A stretch of DNA of 62,682 nucleotides, the filler included, from Platydemus manokwari (taxonomy: Eukaryota), in assembly GCA_037951405.1 (NCBI GenBank). It is 6 parts of 6 records of this genome, joined end to end, with 100 filler letters (N's around TTAATTAATTAA, not from the genome) between each part and the next. Parts side by side here need not be neighbours in the genome. Positions count along the whole stretch, not along the records: positions 52,068 to 62,682 come from JBBMOY011119552.1; 5 more parts are not named here. The stretch is one strand, 5' to 3'. This document shows positions 53,527 to 62,682 of the stretch, one piece after another. The notes under the pieces are model-generated. The model was not told the origin of the DNA. It saw only the letters and a program-made list of their open reading frames with translations, and did no database searches. The position numbers were made by a program, and so were the translations under genes. Each line of letters opens with the position of its first letter. Within the stretch, counting starts at the first letter, position 1.

Positions 53527-55651
53527 ATTAATTAGTTCCTTATGGGCTTTATTTTCATTGATTAGGGATTTTAGAGTGATTTTCTCATCGATCAAAAAAT
53601 TGTTCTAATTTTTATTTGACAGAAATTTTTATTACAAGAATTAATCCATTTTTACTTGACTGGGATTTTTTATTTATAGATATTAAAGAATCTATCAGTA
53701 ATTCACAATTCATACTTTTCTTATATTTACATAGATTGATTTTACTTTCAAAGCAAAAAACAAAATAATCAGACTGCTATTTACAATCAAATATTATATT
53801 CCTATATTTACAACCTTTTAAAAGATTCATAAACTTAACTTATTTAATATTATATATCCTATTGACTACTATTTTACAGGTTAAATTATTAAATTTTATT
53901 ATAAAATTGTTAACTACTATTATACAACTATATTTTATATACAATTTTTTTATACAGTAGTCGCTACGTATCAACTGAACCAATCTACGAACTTCATCCT
54001 TTTCTACGAATCCCACAATGACTTGGTCTCCACTGAATTACCAACATACGGTCGTCTACATCATAATCATACTTATTCAATAATCTCAACAACAAAAGAA
54101 AAATCAACAAAAACTCAAAAAAATCTTAATGGCAAGGAAGACGATTCTACATTGCCTGAAACAATGGTACTCACACTGTGTGCAGCCAATGAAGGAAGAC
54201 ATCATAAGCATTCAAAATCAGATACAAACTTTAGTCGAAGTGAGGGATATTCCCAACGCCTCGTGAAGGTCCTATTTATGTATAAATAAATATTAGATTT
54301 CTTTTCATTTTGAGATTTATTCTTGTTTGAAAGGGTCAATTTTATATCACTTGTTATTCTTATAACCTTTTTGTAGTTCCAATTATGGATTTAGTTATAA
54401 CTTTATAACGGACTCTAGAATTACTTGGTCTCCGTGGATTATGATTTTAGGGTTGCGTTTCTCATAATACCAAAAATATATATTTATAGGATTTTCTATA
54501 TTAACATTCTTGGTGTCGATTCCTTCAACTAAATTTATTTTATATTGATGTTCATTCAAAAGAACGAAAACCATTTCAATTCTTCCCAAATAAATCCGTG
54601 ATTATATGCTTTTTTGTCGTGATAATCCTTATATTGCTCTTTGAATTTTAAATTTAATTGAGCATAGTATGTTTCTCCTAGATTTTCTTTCATTGTTGTT
54701 ACATATTCTTTTTCATCAATTAATTGTGATGTTTGTGGCAAGAATTCTAAGCCTATATACATTAGGCAAAACGGTGAATATCCCGTTGTTTCATTTATTG
54801 CTGTATTGTAATCGAGCGTACATGGCTTAATGTACTCATCCCAATCAGTTTGCGTTTTATAAACAAAATTTGACAACATAATTGGAGTTTTTGATTATAT
54901 CGCTCTACTAATCAATCTTTTTGAGGTCCATAAGAGGATGTATTGATCTTTTTGATTTTAAATAATTCAGTGACTTTTTTGACATCACTTGAAAAAGTCT
55001 TTTCCCTATCAGTTAGTAATTTGCTAGGCAAAATATATTACAATATCATTTTTACCACTAGTAATTTGGTTATTGTTTCACTCTTATGATTTTTAGTCGG
55101 AAATGCTAATGATATTAAACAACAGTTCCATTACATCCATTGCACACATTTCCATGGGTCTTTCCCATGGTAGTAGTGGCCTTAATGGTAATTTCCTTAC
55201 TTTTCCTGTATTTCCCCTAGTTGCACATAATGAACATTGTTTACAACACTTATTTACATTATTTTTCATATTATACCAATAGTATTTGTCTTTCAATTTC
55301 CCGGATGTTTGTGTTTTAGATAAATGTCTTCCTAATGCTCTATCGTAGGATTCTTGGGTACTAAAATTAAATTTTCTTCGCCATAAGTCAATATGTTTTC
55401 ATTATTCAACTTATATCTTTTTACACTTTCACTATTTTTATCCCTTTCAATTAACCATCTTATTTTTCTTATCTCGCTTTTTTTTATCTTTCTGTTTTCT
55501 TCTTATTTTTTTCTATGTCCTTTTTAGTATTAATTGTTCTTACGTATGTATTTATGGCATTAATTTCTAATAATTTTCCTTCAGATCTTTCAGTATTCAA
55601 GAATTTGTACCCCCGTTTGCTTTGGGTTTTCCTGTTCTAAAATTATTTTGA

Positions 55652-56835
55652 TGTTATGACCTACTAATTTTAGTGCCCCACTCAACCCCATTGACGAGAT
55701 GTACACAGGAGATTGATTCCAGTTTTTTGTCTTCTATGGAGAGTGAGCTTACACAATCACTTGCTTCACTTTCAGTATGAATATCGGCTTCATCTTCTTC
55801 GTCATGGATGTACAGTATTTTCCTCGGACTATTGCAACTAGGCTTTCTGGTTAAATGACATTTTCGGAACGAATGTCCGTCTTTTCCGCATATAAAACAT
55901 TTATTCCGCAATGGGCATTCAAACTTTCGGTGTCCTAACTCACCACAGCAAAAACAGGCTCCTGGTTTCAAATAATGACCACGTGTGGGGGTTTTCCTCT
56001 ACAATTGTTGTAGAATTTAGAAGCAATAGCCTTCATTGATCTTGTTGGTCTCGTATTGTTTAGATATTCCGTGTGATTAACTGATGCACGATGATATTCT
56101 TTTACACTATAATCTCTTTCCTGCACAATTTGGCTTTGCTTTTTGAACGATGTCTCCTTCTGAAAGGACTTTCTTAGTTCACTTTGAAATACGACTAAGC
56201 ATATGTCTTCTTGGTGGTGTTTATGGGCTTTGTCAGAGTTAAATTCGCAAAATTGACAGCTAGCTCTCTTCTTCTATCGTCGGACATTACTGGGTCGAGA
56301 GTAAATGACTCTTTCAATTTCTTACTATTTAGATTATGCAAAATAAATAGTCTTGAAATTTTTTCAGAACCGTTTTTATTGTCAAACACCTCCAAAACTA
56401 GCGTCTTTACCCAAAGTTCATAACTGCAATATTTTTTATCTGGTCTTTGTTGCATTGATGCCAAATCCTGAACCTTGTCATAAACTGTTTTGGCATGTGG
56501 AAATGTTTCTAAAAGCAATTTCTCAATTTCTGCATTTGAAACAGCCTCTTTGAAACTGCTGAATTCTTGCCATAATTGTCTGGCGTCATCTCTCAAAAGT
56601 ATGTCAAATGCAAATGATAGTTTCATTTGATTAAAGATCGCGAAATCTTTGGTTGTTAGGAACCATTTCTCAGCGTCTTGGATTGATGAATCGAATAATG
56701 AGGGTTTCGGAATTAATAGCTCCTGAGTTTTTTGTGGAAAATTTGCAAAACCTTTCTGCCTCTCCTCTCGTTTAGCTCTAGTCAGAGCGTTAATTACGGC
56801 GTGGTCACCAGTTAATACATAAGTCGTGTCTAACA
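55652..56835 (-). mobile_element. Second, nested Gypsy-type fragment: TGTTA..TAACA ends, PBS (tRNA-Arg-like), gag capsid and two CCHC knuckles
   Basis: AC-TGGTGACCACG at 56812-56800; gag (IPKPSLFD..DAEKWF..LRDDARQLW..MQQRPD) 56836-56195; CFCCGELGHRKFEC and CFICGKDGHSFRKC in 55971-55654. Confidence 0.75.
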
Positions 56836-57354
56836 ATATTTTTATTCTATTTCAAAATCTCACCGTTTGTTTTTTAATATTAAAATAAATTTTATTTGTT
56901 ATCCAACTCCATGTAATCTCGTTGATGATCTTACCCATTCTCTATCATATCTTCCTATATCGTCATAAAACTCCATGGCCTCATTATTGCCGTAACCTTA
57001 TTTTCTTCAACCTTATCTATCTGGTAGAAACTTGAATGTTCTCCGTACATAAATACTCCTGTCATTAATTCTAAAGTTCTTCCTATTGTTTTTGTTTCTA
57101 TATTTTTCCATGTTTGTCCTGGTATTGTTCTTATTCTTTCTACTCCAAACTTTTTTTCATCTCTATTGAATGACCAAATTCTATTTATTTCATTTCTCGA
57201 TGCATTTGTGCTTATCTTAATTTGCTTCTTAATTTCTCTACCATATTTTTCTATCATTTGGACTTCAATTTCAGCTTTTCCTCCGCTGCTATTCTTCTCC
57301 TGTTTTATGCTAATCCTATCGTTGTTTGTGTTAATGATAGTTGAATTATTCAAG

Positions 57355-57490
57355 TTAAATTCAATATTAAATAAAATTCAATATCAAATAAAATCTAATA
57401 TCAAATAAAATCTAATATCAAATAAATTTAACATCAAATAAATTTAACATCGAATAAATTTAACATCAAACTAAATTCAATACAAATTCA
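57355..57490. repeat. 16-17-bp minisatellite inside the Gypsy gag-pol region
   Basis: About 8 units of AATAAA(A)T(C/T)TAA(T/C)ATCA. Confidence 0.8.
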
Positions 57491-60400
57491 ATTTGATATC
57501 CTCACAGCGCTTATTTTCCTGTCTTACATCATATTCATCTCATAACATGTCATCATCCTTATGATTTTTTATTTCTCCAAACCCTTATGAAATTTTCATA
57601 ACACCTCAAAAAACTTATTCATTTTCTTATTTTCATATTCATATACAATTGTGCAATGTTTGTATTTTACATAAAATCTGTTTTAGATTCCCTTATTTCA
57701 TCATCTTTTATCTTATCTTTTATCTTTTCGAATTCTTTTGGCAATAGCTTTTTCAATTTTAAATATTCCTTTTCTGTTATTTCTATATCTTCGAATAAAG
57801 GCAATATTCTTACTTCTTTTATTTCTTTCGATGGTAGTAATTCTTTTATTATTTCATTCTCTATATCGATTCTTGTTTTCATCTTTTCTACTTCATTATC
57901 TGTTTTCTCATTATTGTCTTCTATTCCTTCTTCATTATTGATTTCAATTATCTCATTGCTATTCACTATTTCACTAACATATGCAGAACTAGTTTCAGGA
58001 GACTCTATTTTATCCGATAATTTGTTCTCATTTACACAACTATTGTAACCCTCACTATCATCGAATTTCCATAAATTACTTATTTCACTATGTCTACTAT
58101 GGCCAGAATTATCATCATTAGCATTATCAATTTCATCTTCATTATCATTATTTAACTGCGCGATTTTACGGCCAGAATTTCCATTGGAATTACTACTCTT
58201 AATATCATTATCAACTTCAGTTTCCTCATTAACAACTTTATACTGAAATTCGGGTGCAACATTAATGGAATGACTTTTCGTCATCAAAGTATCTATTATT
58301 GCCTTAATCCTACCTTGCTCAACTATTTCTTTATTAGCTAACATACAGATTTCTCTACTGTTCTCATCATTTTTATCCTTATTCTCTGCAATTTTATCTT
58401 CATTTTTTACTGATTTACTTTCGATGTAATTTGCACATATAGACTATCCGGATCATAATGTGAACATCCTGTATCTATTAAATATTCTATGTCGTGTAAT
58501 TCCTTTGTTTTCAATAATATTACCATATCCTCCGCTACTATACCATGATTTTCCTCTAATTGTTATGTAATTGATTATTTTAATTTTCTTAATGTTTCTA
58601 CATGCATGTTTGGGGAACTTTATCTTTTATCTTTTATAATCCTTATCTCTTATAAAAGTCCGAATGCTCAATCTAAACGATCTTTGTAATTCCGTATTTA
58701 TCCTAATTATTTTTCAACCATCTCGTAATGCTTATTCTTCTTCCTCTGTCAACTTTCTTGCTTCTCTTTCTTGTAATTGTATTTCTCTAATTATTTCTCT
58801 AGTTTCCTTAAAATTTTCGTATCTAACAAATTGTTGTATTTTTTCAACTTTTCCTATCACTGTCTTCATTACAAATGGTCGATTGAAAATTCTACTACAT
58901 GAGTACAGTCCACAACTATATCCTTTTATCAACGTATTTTCTTCTTCTTCACTTCAATTTATATATGAATTTTTTCTTAATGCTGCCTAATATTTTCAAT
59001 TTCGTCTTCTCTATATTCTCTTCTATAATATTGATCATCATTTCTACATCTTAATTCTAAACCATGATTTGTTTTGCTATATCGTGATTCCCTACTGTGA
59101 TCTTTTTAATAACTTAATTCTTCTTATTTCCTTTTTAGTTATTCTTTTTCGTATGCTGATCTCTTCATTTCTCTTTGATATTCCTGTTCTGCCTTTTTCC
59201 ATAAATTTTCTGCACTTTTAATTTCTGTGTCCAATTCTTTTTCCTAATGAATTTTCGTTTCTCTTCTTTTTGAGCTATTTTTCTTGTTCTTCTTCCCATA
59301 TCTTTTTTCGTTTCTCTATTCGTTTTTTTGTATGTCTTCTTGTTCTTGTAATTGTTTTTTAATTTCTTCCTTTTGTTTCATTACTGTTGCATTTTGTTTA
59401 TCATACTGATCTTTTCTCAATTTTCATGATGTAATAATATGTCCTGTTTGCCCTCAAAATTTACATAGGAATTCTCCATTACTATTTAACTTATCTCTTG
59501 TATTATTAAATTTCTCTGTCCTATTATCACTACTAATGATCTATCTACTGATGGGCTCCTATTCCTATCATATGGCACTAAATGTTTTTCATTATTCTAA
59601 TTTGTCATCATATCACTGTTATTATTTGATTTATTATTAAATTGCCTATTTTTCCAATTATGGTTGTTATTCTTATCATATGGGCTTTTACTTCTATTAT
59701 TTGACCTATTTTTATTGCTGATATTAAATCCCATATTATTTTATTTTTATCCAATAGACTTCTACTTCTATTTCCACTTCTATTTTCTTATTACTTTTGT
59801 ATTCACTATTTTGTTTGAATATACTTTGCCTATAAAATCCTCTATCGTTGTTTCTATTATCCAATTCTCTATTGAAATTTCATCTAGTATTAAAATTGTT
59901 TCTGTTATCTCTATCAAATCCACGTTGACCATAATTTTAATTATCATAACCCCGTTATCACATATTTTAGTTTGCTTAACATTATCATCCTTTATTTGAA
60001 ATTAGGTTAACAATTTGTTTCATTTTTTCCATGTTACATTCAAATCTGGGATTTTCTCATCATCTTTAGCTACCATATTATTTTTAGTGGTGACAATGGG
60101 TGTCTCCTTTTCATCTTCCTTAAATGATATTGTGCTTAATAATTGATAGTTTTCAGGTATTAGATAACCTCTATTATGATTCAAGAAACTAGTTGACCCA
60201 TAAATTATTTCAACTCCCTGTGTTTTTTAACTAACTCATCGATATTTTTATATTTCGCTAATGCTATTGGACTTCTTAATATGGGTATTATTCCCCTTCT
60301 AAATTAATCGATAACCATTGAATCGCGGCCTTTAACAGATACATATTTGCCATAAGCCTTAATTATCAATTATTTTAATACCATTGAATATTCTCCTACA

Positions 60401-61667
60401 CTTTCCTCAAACATTTTATATCTTTCATTGTATTGCTTTACATAAAATCCATGTACGTCATCCTCCATGACTAATTTTCTTTTCAATTCCTTAACTAAAC
60501 TCTCATAAAACTTAATTTTGTCTAATTGTCTATAAGATTTATCGAGTATTGAATTTCTTTTACTCATATGCGCTTAACACGGATTCTAAATCATCAACTT
60601 TATCGCTAAAATCGTAAAATGCTTAATTTATCAAATCCACTAGCTCTTAACAACTTTAATCCTATTTAACAGACAAAACATTGCTTTATGCTCACGTAAA
60701 CGGGCAAATTTTCGACCTCCCTTCAATTTGAAACTAGATTTTAATCAAAATCAAACTATTCAAATCAAAAACGCTTACGATGATTTATTTAATTGAGACT
60801 TTTCGTGGAATAAATATCGATACATATTACGAAATCAGACTATTAATTTATCTATCTATTTACTAAATAATATCACTTAGAGCAGGATGTAGACCTCTCA
60901 AATTGTTACCTTTATTCTTACAAAGGTGAAAACTTTAATCTTTTTTACTTCTTTTTATATACCGAAGTTACTATTATGCGTCACTAAACTAGCTCCCTGG
61001 TTCACGCAATAAATAATACATGCTTTAATTGTCAAATTTATCAAAAGCTCTCTGGTTCAAATTCAATTTTAATTTATCAATAATTGTTTCCTGGCTTAAT
61101 TCAAATTTATCAATAGCCCCTTGGCTTTTATTTATTAATTTATCAAATTCGTTTACTCTATCTATCCGTATTATAACGATTTCCAATTTCACTAATTTAC
61201 CGGTTTGTAACTTTAATTTATCAATTTTCAAATTTCACTATTCGTAACTATTCGAGCACTAGTTAATGTTTATTCTAATTTTTTATTACTATTGCACCAA
61301 TTAATGTGTATTTTAAACAATTTACTCGGTTTTAACAGTTGATGTCTTTTTAAACAGCCTTTAATAATTTTACTAACTCATTCACTAGTTAATGTTTATT
61401 TATCAAACTTAAAACCTTTTACGATTTTAAAACAATTTAAATCCTCCTCGGTTAACTATTGACCTTACTCAATTTTACTCACTATTTAATTCTTCAATGC
61501 ATTTTATTAATTTCTAAACCAAATGTTATCCTTCTCTCGCACCAGTTAATATTTTATTGCCTTGTCTTTAAAAACCTTTCATTAACTTTTTAACCAAATT
61601 TATTCTTCACTCGAGTCCTCAAATTTTACTAATTATTCACACCTTGAAAGCTTTTACATAAAATTTT

Positions 61668-61685
61668 TCCTCACTCGGGGCACCA
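61668..61685 (-). promoter_or_regulatory. Primer-binding site, tRNA-Met(e), 18 nt
   Basis: + strand TCCTCACTCGGGGCACCA equals tRNA positions 59-76; 2-nt spacer (AC) after LTR end ..CATCA. Confidence 0.88.
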
Positions 61686-62682
61686 GTTGATGTGTTTCGG
61701 GGTTGTAACCTTATTTTTGTATTTCAATCAGTCTCAAATATTAATATTAACTATTATGGATAACCGTTGTCTTGATCAGTCTCTAATCAGTTCTAATCAA
61801 GCCCAAGGTACAATCTATAAAACCTTATTTCTATCTTATTCACCTCGCAATAAATACTATACGGAGATAATATCTTTGCCAACAATGACCTAAAAATTAT
61901 TATTATTGTTATCACTCTCAATATTTATTGTATACTTATATTTTACCAATTATCAATCAATAACTCAGATGTGGCTACGCTAAATATTTATTAATATAAC
62001 AAACAAATACAACTAAGTAAGTTTATGAATACAATACACGCTTAAATAAAAATGGTTAACCAACTTCCTTACAATTTCCAGATTAAAAGAATGTTAATAC
62101 CTCCAACTCTTGGAGTGAATCCAATTTGCCTTCTTCAAAGTTTATTTTGAGCAAAGCTCTATAATAAGATGATAAACGATAAACTACTATAATACGTATC
62201 AGTTGTTTAAAACAAAATCGAACTTACAGATATTTGGCAATGACAATAACGAATATCGGCTATATGGCGTATACTGTTGTCGAGCAATCTCACAATCTAG
62301 TGGTTTCTTCTTATAGGATTTAACAAATCTTCTTTAGTGGTTTCAGTTAACTAAATGGACTTAATGGTTTCGGTAAATGGGCAGGTTCTGTTGTTAAAAA
62401 CCTCTATTTATACCTTTCATAAACGAATTTAATTCTTCACACTTAAAGATTTAATTCGGTACATTATTATTTTTATTCCCCCATGATTTCCTTTTATTTG
62501 TTTATATTTTAATTACAATACCTAATTTTATTGAAAATATTTTGTTCTAAATTGTTCTCATTACTGAATATATATTATATATTGTTTTACATAAATTTTC
62601 AATATATTAAGATTTTGTTAACCCGTCCTTTAATATATTAACATTTTAATTATAAAATTTACCATAAATTATTAAACATAAA

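Larger units (their letters stand above)
54395..62682 (-). mobile_element. Decayed Ty3/Gypsy LTR retrotransposon: 5' LTR (61688 to beyond window end), PBS-Met, gag, protease, RT/RH largely deleted, integrase
   Basis: PBS TGGTGCCCCGAGTGAGGA 61685-61668; gag fragments 61231-60370; CCHC remnant 59465-59424; protease YLIDTGCS ~58485-58460; RNase H tail RTGKPKAN ~55637; integrase YYWYNMKNNV..CSLC..MCAMDV (55296-55093) and DWDEYI..YNTAINETTGYSPF (54879-54556). Many stops and frameshifts; no matching 3' LTR seen. Confidence 0.88.

Noticed and set aside
57656-59999. + strand F/L/I/S-rich ORFs that look like membrane proteins
   Set aside because: Antisense shadows of the A-rich Gypsy gag-pol.
1-62682. 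CRISPR arrays, rRNA, complete tRNA or SL RNA genes
   Set aside because: None recognisable; the remaining short ORFs in the track are consistent with AT-rich noise.

Overview
Very AT-rich eukaryotic (spliceosomal, many 40-75 nt introns) genomic DNA; protein sequences look flatworm/planarian-like (inference). The window is six segments joined by artificial 100-nt N-TTAATTAATTAA-N linkers, so adjacency across linkers is unproven. Host genes: a complete hnRNP A1/A2-like gene (+), tail-to-tail with a 12-exon, 5'-incomplete Argonaute (-) with intact DEDH slicer tetrad; four internal exons of a Musashi-like RRM gene (+); a probable decayed class-A GPCR (-); and a possible small orphan gene. The last 12 kb hold a LINE-like ORF1 and a nest of decayed Ty3/Gypsy elements. 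There are also a solo LTR, hAT and piggyBac MITEs and a dispersed repeat family. Most notable: one LTR is followed by the complement of mature tRNA-Met positions 76-38 (39 nt), while a related element has the canonical 18-nt PBS ending just before A58. Also notable are a Gag zinc knuckle with TGA at two Cys positions, a spliced extra ORF 3' of the integrase, and possibly overlapping hnRNP/Ago 3' ends.
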